Source: Chiloscyllium plagiosum (lineage: Eukaryota). Taken from it: DNA of 58,744 bases. The notes under the pieces were generated by a model. The model was not told where the DNA came from and made no database searches. It saw only the letters and a program-made list of their open reading frames with translations. Both the position numbers and the translations under genes were made by a program. The DNA is taken from contig NC_057718.1 in the NCBI RefSeq assembly GCF_004010195.1, positions 87,686,570 to 87,745,313 on the forward strand, in the 5' to 3' direction. This document shows, piece after piece, positions 37,476 through 49,862 of the stretch. Numbering within the stretch: position 1 is the first letter of the stretch; each line of letters starts with the position of its first letter.

Positions 37476-39206
37476 TCAGAAAGCATATCAAATGTATGGT
37501 CCAGGAGAAGATGCAAGTCAGCGCAAATGAGATAGGATCTTATGTAGCATTTTGCATGTGAACATTTATTTGTAGGATATTCTAGTTACCCAATGTCCTT
37601 TCTTTTTCCACTTTGCTGATGAGTGTGGTAAATCTGACTTCTGAGTCATAGGGTTGTGGGTCAAATGCCATTGTAGTGCCTTAACACAAAGTCTGGGCTG
37701 ACGCACATCTGCGCGGTCAGAGGTTCCCTTTTTTGGATGAGTTTTAAAGCCAAAACTGTGCCATCCCTGTCAAGTGATTTTTGAACAATCAATGTAACTG
37801 TTTTGAAGAAGAGTGTATTCTCCCTACGTCTTGACTGATTTATCCCTTGATCAGCAATCAAAACAGATTATCTGATTATTGTTAAATGTTTTCTGGTCCT
37901 TACTGTGTACAGTTGGTTGTCACATTTCCCATTTCACAATAGTCATTGCACTTCAAAAGAAATATTGATGATAATACGCTTTGGGGTTCCTGAGATTATG
38001 AAACCACAAGATAAAATCAAGTTTTTAAAAAAAAAATCGAATTGTACTCTGCAAGTACTAATTAATAGATATTAACAGAGTTATGATTTCTACTGATTTT
38101 ATTTTCTTAAAATCCTTAAATAAGCATGCAGGTGAAAAGCCTCCTTCCTTGCATGGGCTACACTAATCCAGTTCTGGGCTTAGTCATGGTACACGGTGGC
38201 ATGAAAAAACATGCAATTTAATCAGCAAATGGGACTAGAATAGTTTAGGATGTCTGGGCGGCATGGACGAGTTGGACTAATCAGCACACCCATTACTAGA
38301 TTACTAGGTCTAAAAACTAAGGCTAAGAAAAGGAAGTGTAAAATATGAATTTAAGGATAAGAAATGGTTTTATCTCCGGTCTTGGACATGAATTTCTACT
38401 TTTATTTCTGAGTTGTATTCTGGGAAATTTTCAGATTCTTTATTTTGTTCTGATAAAGTGACAAAAATAGATGAATGTAAGACGGAAGTGTGGATTGTGC
38501 TGTAGTTCTTTTGAAGCAAAAATGATTAATTCTGGAGTGACTGATTCTGGGAAAGTATATACAGTACTTAGAAAATTTGTTTTCACAGTCAAATACTGAA
38601 TCATCTTACACTTTAAAATGCTAGGAAATGGCAAAGAAACTGATGCAATGTTAAGTATATATCCCGCTTAAGTAATAGCAAGTTCTTGCCTGATTGAATT
38701 TCCATATATTATTTTCATCTGTCCTAGGTGAGAGGATGGGGTGTTTCAGTTCATATGATCCCAAAGAGAAGAACTCCTGAAATGCAATGCAATAAATGAA
38801 AGAATTTAGCTTATCCATTTTACTGAAATTAGTAGCTTGAGGAATAAGGAATTGGCAGCAAAGACATTTGAAATAGAGTTTTGTGTAAGATTGGAAGAGT
38901 TAATGAGTTCTTACATCTTTGTTATCACTAGAAGCATGAGGATCATGTATAGGCCATTCAATTCTTTGAAGCCTATTCCTAAGTTTTTGGGGTTCTTGTG
39001 GTGCAATGGTAGTGTCCCAACCTCAGACAAGATATCTGGGTTCAATTCCCACCAGCTCCAGAGGTGTGTCATAATAAATCTGAACAGGTTGATTTAAAAG
39101 AAACTTCCCAAGTTCTACATAATTTGAGTTGCATGCCTGATATTGTGCTCGCTTTTGTTTACCACATTTTCTGATTCTTACTGAATGTTGACTCCTTTAA
39201 GAATTC

Positions 39207-39412
39207 GTGGAGAAAGTGAGGGCTGCAGATGCTGGAGATCAGAGCTGAAAATGTGTTGCTGGAAAAGCGCAGCAGGTCAGGCAGCATCCAAGGAACAGGA
39301 GAATCGACGTTTCGGGCATAATCCTGAAGAAGGGCTTATGCCCGAAACATCGATTCTCCTGTTCCTTGGATGCTGCCTGACCTGCTGCGCTTTTCCAGCA
39401 ACACATTTTCAG
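39207..39412. mobile_element. Penelope-derived fold-back element (family A)
   Basis: Nearly identical to the 35050 copy; flanked by CTCCTTTAAGAATTC (39192-39206, 39413-39427). Confidence 0.9.
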
Positions 39413-39535
39413 CTCCTTTAAGAATTCCCTTACTTTATTTGATACCAGTTTTCATGCTCACAATTTTATTATATTTATGTTTTGGTCAACATTTGCAACC
39501 GATTTATGATCATTTTGTTTTGTTTTGTCTTTCAG

Positions 39536-39579
39536 GAAATTCGTCTTTTCTGGATGGGTATCATCATGAACCCACTAAG
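39536..39579 (+). CDS. UST: UST-like coding exon 2 (44 bp, stem region)
   Basis: Polypyrimidine tract and TTTCAG acceptor; donor AAG|GTAAAT. Completes Gly with exon 1 and reads GNSSFLDGYHHEPTK (cf. UST GNSTYLDDHGPPPSK). Phase 1 in and phase 0 out fit both neighbours. Confidence 0.85.
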
Positions 39580-42007
39580 GTAAATAGGATTATTGGGATA
39601 GAAGGTTCAGCTGCTACTTGTGGGGCAAATAGAAAATATTCCTCCTGAGTGTCCTATGTGTCTTTAAATATGCCCGTCCGTCTTTTCAGCTTAGAATATC
39701 ATATGCGATCAATTCAGGTCACTAGTGAAACTGAAAGGCAACCATTAATTATCTTCAATTGACTTCTCTGTTTGCATTCATGATTAAATTGTTATTGAGT
39801 GTTAGACTATCAGTGAGTAGTGTTAATTTTTGTCAATGACAGTAGAGTAGAAGTTAATCACTCTTACTGGTATTAATTAAGAATTTGAGGACTTGTATTA
39901 ATATAGCACCTTTCACATCCTCAGAGCATCCCAAGGCACTTGACAATCAAAGTACATTGGAATTTTCTTATCATATTGCTGCATGATTAATAAATACTGC
40001 AGCTAATTTACACGCAAGTTTCCACCGGTATTCATGAGATGAAATAAAACACTAATAAAAACAAGGGAGTGGAAGCTAATGCAGCAGTTACATAATTTAA
40101 GGTTATATCCAAAGTGGGACAGTGTTCAGTTCTCTACTGTACATTGAGAAAGATATATTGAATATGCAAGGCCTTAGTGCAGATTTAGCAGAATATTACC
40201 AGAGTTGTTAAAATGTAAAGTATAAATTTGCTCTGGCAGTATTTTGCTTTTAGAATTTTGAGGAATAAGCTCATTAAAATGATCAAATGTTAAAAGAACT
40301 TGAAACAGATAAGTCAAGAGAAACAATTTCCTCTGGGGATTTACAATCAAGGGTGAGATTATGCAGGGGTAATGTGACAAAGCGCATCTGTATGAAAATG
40401 ACAATGGAAATCTGGAATTCTAACTACCTCCATATTTCTCCCTGCCCCTCAGATTTTTGATAAACCAGGTTAGTAAGGACTACAGAAATGAAGTTAAAAT
40501 GCTGGTGCCATTAAATGGAAGAACTGGCTCAATCAATTGATTGGGCTACTCTCCATGTTCCTGAGGAATTCTGCTCCAGCATCACTTGCATGGCAAAATT
40601 TCTCTTAATCTTAATTTTGCAGTGATTACTCATCACTGACTTCCAAATTAAAGGACATAGTCTTTACGTACTCACTCTGTCAAGACACTTGCTAATTTTA
40701 AAAATCAAGTCTCCTTATGGCAAATTTAGGATGTGTTGACAAAATATCCATGTTGTTCAGAGGAAATTTATGACATACAGTCATGCACTAAAAGATATCA
40801 GTATTCTGGGCGGAGAGAAAAACTGGAAAGGCAGTTCAGTGGTCTCTGTCATCAGAGTTTGCTGAGATGACCGTTTTGTTGATCAGAAAACTGATCAGCA
40901 AATCTCAGTTCCTTCTCCTGGTTCTTAGAATTGTTTGCAAGAGACCAGGATGATTAGTTCACCCTTATGTTTAATAAATAAGTCTCTGACTTATTAATTA
41001 AACATATTAGCTTATAGTAACCGATGAGAGGAAATAAAATGGCTGTCATCAAGCTTTTACTGCAGATAACAACAGCTCCTTTCCTTCGAGGTCAAATAGC
41101 TTCTGACCCAAGCATTCACAGCTACAGGCTTTTAAGCTAGCTAGGAGCCAATCCCATAGTTGTTGGCAGGCTGGAGGTTTTTTTCCTGGGCTTTTAAAAT
41201 TATCCTCCCTTTTCAATCCACAATCAAAAATGTTTAAAAAAAAAGATACAATAGCTGTCTTGGTCGATCATTCTGGCTGACGCAGTAACTCCACCCATGA
41301 CAGTTATTTTCATACATTCACCACCATCAGCCTAAAGAATCTGAATCAAAATTGCCTTTGTTGTCCCTTTAGGTTTAAAGTTGTCTGCTGTTGTTAATGA
41401 GATTATTTTAACATATTGGGGTGTATCTCCTGTTGGGATGTTATAATAGTAGTGGAAACTCTGGTTGTACATGTACTTTGTTTTCGGCGTAAAGTTAGTG
41501 CAGCAGATAAAGCTCGAAAGGACGTTATCTTATTTATGCTAATCTTGTATCAGAGATCAAAATACTTCCTTTTGTGGCTGCCCTCGTTGAGGCTGTTTTT
41601 TTTGGGGGGGAGTTGGGTTGGGGTGGGGAGGGGAGACTATATTTGGGTTTCAGGAGCTCATTTTTAATTTTCAATATCTCACTTCTTATGTGATGCAGTC
41701 AGACAATAGCAATACCTTCTAAATTTATGTTGACATATTGAGTATTTGGACTCTCGCAGAAGCAGGATTAGAAGAATTAATTAATATTCTCAAAAATGAC
41801 CAACACTTCAATAAAATAAGAGCCAATGCACACAAGTAAAGTATTGATTTCCCAACTGCAGCAATACTTAACTTGACACTAGAAAATGTGCACAATTCAA
41901 CAATGAGTTTTATTTTTCAAAATAACTGAAATCTTCTACACACAATCATCACCTCAAGCACACTTTCTGCAAACTGATGAGGTCACAGCTAATACAGGTA
42001 CTGTATA

Positions 42008-42130
42008 CAGAGGAACCTTGATTATCCGAACGTCAGTTATCCGAATTTCAGATTATCCGAACAAGATCGCAGGGTCCCGATGCTTGGCTAAACTATGTTG
42101 TCTGGCATTCAGATAATCAGGGTTCCTCTA
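42008..42130. mobile_element. Tc1/mariner-pogo type MITE (123 bp)
   Basis: TA on both sides; TIRs CAGAGGAACCTTGATTATCCGAA / TTCAGATAATCAGGGTTCCTCTA; internal TTATCCGAA repeats. Confidence 0.8.
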
Positions 42131-42899
42131 TATATTTAGAACATCTCAAATCTCAATCTTAGTTTTAAGTTGAAAATTTGAGTTCATCACAACAGCGACT
42201 ACTATAATTTTCCCCGTGTACGGATAAATTGTGATTATGAAGTTGTCAGCCATTGACAGAATAGGAAATCCAATTGAAGAAGTAAGTAACTGTGATAAAC
42301 AAAAATTCTGGTCTGGTAACTCCAATTTAATCAAGCATATGCATGTGTGTCATATAATTGCGCCAACCAATTGGGACAGAGTTGGGTGCAAAAAGGCAAG
42401 TCATCATTTGATATTGAGATCTCTCTGTGAAGGGATGTTCATACCCTGCAACTACTGCTCAATGTTGAGGAAATGAAAAGTGCTGTCAACAAGTGATAGA
42501 GATAAATTTATGCAGCAAGTGGAAAGCAGTGGTGCAAACAAAAAAGCAGGCACCCTTACGGGTGCTAAATTCCAGATTTGAGTTTTTCCATTATTTTGAA
42601 ACATAAGGCGAACGTTTTGAATAGTTTAACCAGCAGGTGTTCTCTCCAACAAGGGAGAGGGTGAAAATGGCTGCTGACGTTAAAGAAGCGCTGCTAATGC
42701 GGTTTAAGGCAAGTTAAGCAGAGAATGTTCCCATCTCCAGTCCAATCCTGCTTGTAAGTGGTGATCAATCTGGAAAAGACATTGGATCACAATGCGTGCA
42801 TCTGCAGCTGCACTGATTCAGGATGAGACATGGCATCATCTTCCATGTGATGAAAGTGCAACAGTTACAGCAGAAATGACATCATTGACTGCAATGATG

Positions 42900-43385
42900 G
42901 TCTCTTTCTGTCTGTCTCTCACCCCCCTCTCTGTTTCTCCCCCCCCACCCGTTTCTCCTTGTCTCTAAGCCCCCCGTCTCTCTCCCCATCCCATCTCTCA
43001 CGCTCTCTCACTCTTTCTGCCCTCCCGTCTCTCTCTGCCCCCCCGNNNNNNNNNNNNNNNNNNNNNNNNNNNNNNNNNNNNNNNNNNNNNNNNNNNNNNN
43101 NNNNNNNNNNNNNNNNNNNNNNNNNNNNNNNNNNNNNNNNNNNNNNNNNNNNNNNNNNNNNNNNNNNNNNNNNNNNNNNNNNNNNNNNNNNNNNNNNNNN
43201 NNNNNNNNNNNNNNNNNNNNNNNNNNNNNNNNNNNNNNNNNNTCTCTCTCTGCTCCCCCCACCCCGTCTCTCTGAACCCCACCGTCTGTCTGCTCGTCTC
43301 TTTCTGCTCTCCCCACCCCATCTCTCTCTCTGCTCCCCCGTCTCTCTGCCCTCCACCCTCCTGTTCATCCTGTCTCTCTCTCTCT
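42900..43385. repeat. Pyrimidine-rich low-complexity tract containing an assembly gap (N 43046-43241)
   Basis: CT-rich degenerate repeats flank the N run. Confidence 0.9.
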
Positions 43386-45399
43386 ATGAGTAAGAACTTT
43401 TAAAAAAGTGCTGACAACTATTAATCTCTCCAATTATTGACTACATTGATAATGTGCCTGATCACTTTAAGTCTGGTGAATGAACATCTGCCTGTTTCCT
43501 TAGCTGAAGTTGTAAAGGCCACAGAGATGTTCCAAGATTTCTCACTGCTTCTTGACAACATGTTTGACTGCATTGACAACATGGCAGCCTGCTGCATTCA
43601 TCTGAAGGCATCATGCCTAGCAGAAAAAACATTGAAAATGTGAATGCATTTAAAAAATAGACATGTTTCACAGTTACTGCTTCATTCCCTTAATTTTTTA
43701 TTGACATAAAACATGTTTGTAAACAAATTGGATTACATAGCAGTTTACTTGCCTGTCTCAAAGCTCCACATAACAGGGTGGATAATGCCTCTCATTTGAT
43801 CTACCTTGATTCTATTGTAGTAACTTCTGTATGTATATAGCCCTAAGATATAGATTCTCCATTCAAGAGATCAGATTACCTGAGCAGTCTCGAGTTTCTC
43901 TGTTTCCCAGCTGCTTGAGAATTCAGCTGACAGGTTTAAAACTATTCACCGCACAAGCACAACAGAAGTGTAAAGTGTCTTAATGACCAAAAATAGCTGA
44001 TTTGTTTCCATACATTAATTAGAACAGAAAAATACTTTGAAGCTTTTTTTAGAAAGTCAAAAATAATGTATCTTACAGGCTTACTTATTCTGGCAAACTG
44101 GTTACCAACTGAGCTACTATGTCAATTAACTATATCCCCCTTAATCCCAAACACTCATTCATACACAGACAAGATGTGATTTACACAGCTCTGCAGCACA
44201 ATTTTGAGTGGGAAAAATAGGAGAAACTTTTTGTCAGTTCCATTTGTTGATGAGTTCATATTGTGCAATGATTGGAAATCTTCAGACCAGATTTCAGATT
44301 CAGTTGAGAAACAGTTCAGAGCCTAATAATTGAACCTTTATCAAGTGGATTTGTTTTAATCTATTTAGCTAAGGTATTAAAAGTTCTGCTTTCATCACAA
44401 AGATCTTACTCTTGCAGGCAAGAAAGACAGTACTACATCCTTACAAATTTCTACAGACAGCTGCCCAAAAGCTTCCATTGTACACTGAAAAAACATCTAT
44501 TACTTCAGCCTAGAGGCTCTTGCTAGGTGACCGCAGCATAAATACATTCGGGTTTGTTTACTCAACAATTAAAGCAATAAAATTCCAGCCTTCTCTCTCT
44601 CTCTCTCAAAAGTCGTTGATCACTACTTTCCAAAGCCACGTTTTGTTTATAAATAGCAACTAGTTAGTCTCCTTTAACCTTCTGACTTTCCAGTTCCAGG
44701 CAATCACATAAATCATTTGCAACCCAATAATGCCTAAATGTCCATTTTCCAGTTCTCTTATCCATGAATATATGTTCACATCATGTCTCCATCCTTTGAA
44801 GATGAAACCCCCTTTTCAAATACCTTTGATTATGATATAACATGACTCATACAACAATAACAAAATTCTCGTTCACTCTTTAGACAAAATTTATACAATT
44901 TCCTGCCATCACTTAATCTCCAAGCTATTTTGACAATATTACATTTTTGATAACATGTCAGCAATTAATTAATATAGTGACATTGTTCGGCTGTTGCAGT
45001 AGGTTAATGTATCATAATTAGGTACACTCCTGAAAGCCTTGTTTATTCATCTTGAAATGAAACTGAAGTGTTTTTAAATTGAATAACATGACTTAACGTT
45101 GATGCAACCCAGTTGGTGTGAACAAAAAGCTGATATCTCTTCAGTTTTTAATGTCTTTGGTCCTTGCCAAAACTCTTTCAATACATGAATCTTAGTAAGA
45201 AACAATACACTGCCAACAATGCAATCTTTTAATCAAGGAATTGGTTACAAATTCATTTGTATTACTACATTTGCTTTTCTGTAATCAGTGCATAATTTAG
45301 TTAATGCATTGGGTTTAGGAACTGATACAACTGGTAGATTTCATCTGCTATGCCTCTGTTTATTCAAGTCACTTTCTAACTTGTACCAAATCTCTGTTT

Positions 45400-46400
45400 T
45401 CACCTGAGTTTATGTTCCCCAGCTAAAATTATGAATGTTGTTGTACTGGCGCTGTTTCCCTTTTAACCACATCTGTGTGTATCTCTACAGATTTCTTAGA
45501 ACTCAGTGAGTCACTACGCTTGATCTTTATTTTGCTCTTCGTCCAACGAGGAAAATATGGTGTCTAATTGTCCCAGTATTTCAGCATTGGCTAATCTGAA
45601 GTGGGAGTCATGTTGTGATTGCCTGCATCTCCTTATACCTCACCATTATTATGTCTGTCGTCCTTTACTATTCCCATCACCTAACTCATTTGATCCTTAG
45701 CTCCTCCATCCAATATTATTTTAATATATTTGTGACCATTTATTCTGAGAGCTGCATACATGGCACATTTGTTTCATCCTTTCAAATTCTTTGCAGGTCA
45801 GCACAGGCTGTTTCCATAAGTTTTAAAACATTTGGCTGTATGTTTCAGGAGCCAACTCATATGCACCATGAATAGCCTTTTCTTTAACTGCCTCATGATC
45901 TGCTTCATTGATGCCTCTTCTGACAGTGAGGCATACATTTCTTTTGTTCCATCCATCAACCTTTTCTGCGTGGGCTGTGTCCCATTTTCCTTCAGCCGCT
46001 TCATTTGTTTTGCTGTGTCTTTTTCATACGATATAATGCCTGCATATCCTTTACGTTAAATTTCATAACAGCCTGTGGACATTTAAACATTCCTTACTGG
46101 ATTTTAGCTTATGGCTAGATTTTTTTTCTTATCAAAACCTTCCTATGCATGAAATATGTTCTTTTTTTTAAAGACTCCAATTTCTACTTGAACTTCCTCT
46201 ACTTCTCTCTGTTCTGAAACTTCAATTTTAGCCATTTGCATTTCTTAAGTTTTCTGCTTTTAGCTGAAGTTCAAGTATTTTAAGTTCCATTTCCCATTTG
46301 TGCTTTAATTTCCTTTTCTGGTTCAAGCGACTTCATCATTAACTTCAGTGATTTACCACTTTGTGTACATGGTCACTCTTGTATTTTCACCAATTCCAAA
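45400..46400 (-). mobile_element. Second Gypsy (Gmr1-like) remnant, gag region
   Basis: Frameshifted minus translation EMYASLSEEAS / DHEAVKEKAIHGAYELAPETYSQMF*NLWKQP resembles Gypsy gag (AYELVPEAYRQKFR). Confidence 0.6.
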
Positions 46401-46749
46401 TGCTGTGCCAGTGTGTTAATTATCTCTGCCTTCCTACCTTTTGCAGAAAATTCTATCGTTATCACCTCCCTTTCTTGCCTTCGTTAAATCTTCGAAATTC
46501 ATCAGAGAAGCTGCTGCCATATTTTTTAAAAACTGCTTCGCAAGCCAGTTTTTTTAAATATGAAAGACTTGATATCCGTACTTTTAACTAATTGCCATTT
46601 GTCCATATCCAATTTCACAATGTCCATGTCCAAACAATCCTACACTAGTACCTCGAGCTTATTCTTGACTCCGGCAGGAGGAGTACACTGGAAATCAAGC
46701 CCCGTAATGCCACATCAAAAGTGAAAACGTCTTATTCAATTATCAGGTG

Positions 46750-47095
46750 ACAATGGGGACTGCAGTTGCTGGAGAAATCAGAGTTGATAAAGCACAGCGC
46801 TGGAAAAGGCACAGCAGGTCAGATATCATCTGAGGACCAAGCGAGTCAACATTTCGGGCAGTCCTGAAGAAGGGTCCTGCCTGAAAGGAATGCTGCCTGA
46901 CCTGCTGTACCTTTTCCAGCGCCACACTTAATTAACTCCTCTTCAATCACCTTCAATAAAAACCCCCAAAAAAACTGTGACTGTTGGAAATCAGAAACAA
47001 AAAACAGGAATTGTTAGACAAGCTCTGCAGGTCTGACAGCATCTGTGGAGAGAAGTCAGAGTTAATGTTTCGGTCCTGTGACCCTCAGACTGAAG
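46750..47095. mobile_element. Older Penelope-derived fold-back and terminal fragments
   Basis: GGACTGCAG.TGCTGGAG...CCTGAAGAAGGG...TGCTGCCTGACCTGCTG, then a family-C end. Confidence 0.7.
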
Positions 47096-48464
47096 TAAAC
47101 GCTGCTTCAAATGTGGTCAGTTTGTTTCCCTACATTACTGTTGATTAGAACAGAAGAGGCTTTCAATGGTCTTTTAAATAAACTCAAAAATAGCACATTT
47201 TACAGGCAGAAGTATTCTTCAAATAAGTGGCAAACTGATTATAAACTGTGCAGATTAAAAAAAACAGGAAGTGCCTCGGTTGCAAATGGGTCCTGTTCTT
47301 GAGTCTGTTCCAAGTTGATGTATATGGAAGTTGGAGCATAATACAGAACGAGATTAAATAGCCGCTTGCCAGCATGAGTTTCACATGTCGGATCTTTAAA
47401 ATTAATGCACCCCAGTATGGGATTACATTCATAACTACATGCTCTAATTACTCTGCAGAACTTTGTGGGTATATTTCATTCTATCGGTGCATGACTGTAC
47501 GTGCGTTTGGAATTAAAAGGAAATACACGGGCAGTTCCCAGTTTATCCCACCTCATTTTCTAGGACCAGCTCCTGCAATATCTCCATCCGCAGTCTACTG
47601 AGAACATGTTAGTGTAGAAAATTATCCAAAACCTACTTTAGAATCACTTTTCCCTCTCTGTCTGTTGCACCGTACTATTCCCAGGCTGTGCTCTGAGAAC
47701 TGAAATCCCATATTGTGAATACTTTTTGGTTTTTGCCCCTCTGTAATTTCCTTGCAAGTTTATCTCTCTATATAATTCCCACTAGCTGGAGGTCTTTCAA
47801 GTGCACCAAGTAATGTCATTATGTCTTTATTGTTCCTTAGCTCAAACCAAATCTGTTTTGTCTTTGACCTCTGTATGTTTACCTCTCTCTCAGGCACTGT
47901 CATTATCTTTGAGTATCTCTGTACATCGTTTCCTTTCCTTGATTCCGTTGCATCCATGAATACTTAGTACCCAATCCTGCTTTATTTTTGAGCCAGGTTT
48001 CCTTTTGCCAAATCATACTCCCCTGTGGCTGCCTGCACGTGCAGGTGGCCAACTTTATTTGCCATCCTCTATTTATTCAGTCATCTTATTTCATTGTCTT
48101 CTATTCCAGTCTCACTCAATGACTTGCTATTTCTCACCAGTTTTACATATTGTTTTTCCCCTCTAATGTTACCTCCTAGCTTTTGGCCCCCTAACAAGTA
48201 GGTTTAAACATTCTCCTCTGGCAATTACAAATACCCTGAAAGCATATTGGTCCAGGTGTAATCCCTCTAGCCCTTTTACAGAGTCCTTCTTCTTCCCCCA
48301 AACTGGTCTCAAAATCCCAGCACTCCCTCTGCAATATCTCTGCAGCATACACTCTCCTTTATTCTCATTAATGTGTAGCATTAAATAATCTAATTTCTGT
48401 GATGTGCATTAGGATTATGCAATTTGGGACACTGGGGTGAATTCCTCAGTTCTTCGAATAGCGA

Positions 48465-49862
48465 GAGTCATAGACATGTACAGCATGGAAACAGACCCTT
48501 CAGTCCAATTCGTCCATGCCGACCAGATATCCAGAATTAATCTAGTCCCACTTGCCAGCATTTGGTCAACATTCCTCTAAACCCTTCCTATTCATATACC
48601 AATCTGGATGCCTTTTAAATGTTGTAATTATATCAAACTCCTCCACTTCCTCTTGCAGCTCATTCCATACACACACCACCCTTTGTGAGAAAAGGTTGCT
48701 GTTTAGGTCCCTTGTAAATCTTTTTCCTCTCACCCTGAAGCTATGCCCTCTAGTTCTAGACTCCCCCACCTCAAAGAAAAGACCTTGTCTATTTACCCTA
48801 TCCATGGCCCTCATGATTTTATAAACCTCTATAAGGTCACCCCTCAGCCTCTGACACACCAGGGAAAACAGTCCCAGCCTATTCAGCCTCTCCCTGTAAC
48901 TCAAACCTTCCAACTCTGGCAATCTCCTTGTAAATCTTTTCTGAACCCTTTCAAATTCCACAACATCTTTCTATAGCAGGGAGACCAGAATTGAATGCAG
49001 TACAGTCATTTCTGATGTAATGTAATAGTTCTGTTCTCGCGCAATCTCGCATTATAAGAAATTGTATAATAGTCGCACTATTAAAACTAATGGGGATAGC
49101 ATTGTGTTATAGCCAGTACAGGTAAGGAAAGTTCACTATCTACAAATAATGATCTAAATTCTTCAATCATGTTAAAGCCAATTCGTGTTGAAGAAACACA
49201 TGTTATAGCAGAATGGACTGTATTCCAAAATTGGCCTAACCAATGCCCTGTACAACTTCCTATGACCTCCCAACTCCTGTAATGAATGCACTGACTACTA
49301 AAGGCCAGCATACTAAACACTGCCTTCACTATCCTGTCTACTTGTGACTTCACTTTCAAGGAACTATGAACCTGCACTCCAAGGTCTTGTTGTTCAACAA
49401 CACTCCCCAGGACCTTACCATTAAATGTATAAGTCCTGCCCTGATTTGCCTTCCCAAAATGCAGCACGTCACATTTATCTAAATTAAACTCCATCTGCCA
49501 TTCCTCAATCTATTGACTCGTCTGAATAAAGGTCTCATTAAACTCTGAGGTAACCTTCTTCCTTGTCCTCTACACTACCAATGTTGGTGTCATCTGCAAA
49601 CTTACTAACCATACCTTCTACATTCGCATCCAAATCATTTATGTAAATGATGAAAGGCCTTGGGTGCAGCACCAATTCTTGTGGCATACCACTGGTCACA
49701 GGCCTCCAGTCTGAAAAGCAACTCTCCATCACCACCCTCTGTCGGCTACCTTTGAGCCAGTTCTGTATCCAAATGGCTACTCTCCCTGTGCTCCATGTGA
49801 TCTAACCTCGGTAACCAGTTTACAGTGTGGAACTTTGTCGAATGCCTTCCTGAAGTCTGTGT
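48465..49862 (-). mobile_element. CR1 LINE RT/3' fragment
   Basis: Minus ORFs with KFADDT, MEFNLDKC and RVQKRFTR motifs. Confidence 0.9.
49003..49220. mobile_element. TA-targeting MITE (218 bp) nested in CR1
   Basis: TA duplicated (49001-49002, 49221-49222); imperfect TIRs CAGTCATTTCTGATGTAA / TTATAGCAGAATGGACTG. Removing it restores the CR1 sequence TGCAGTATTCCAAAA. Confidence 0.85.

Noticed and set aside
42200..43660. Possible pogo/Tigger transposase remnant and YY1/CRE-like motifs near 42664
   Set aside because: Similarity is too weak to support by eye, and short motifs are not significant alone.
43820..44950. Possible minus-strand LTR belonging to the 45400-46400 Gypsy remnant
   Set aside because: A purine tract followed by TG is suggestive, but no matching second LTR, clear end or TSD could be identified.
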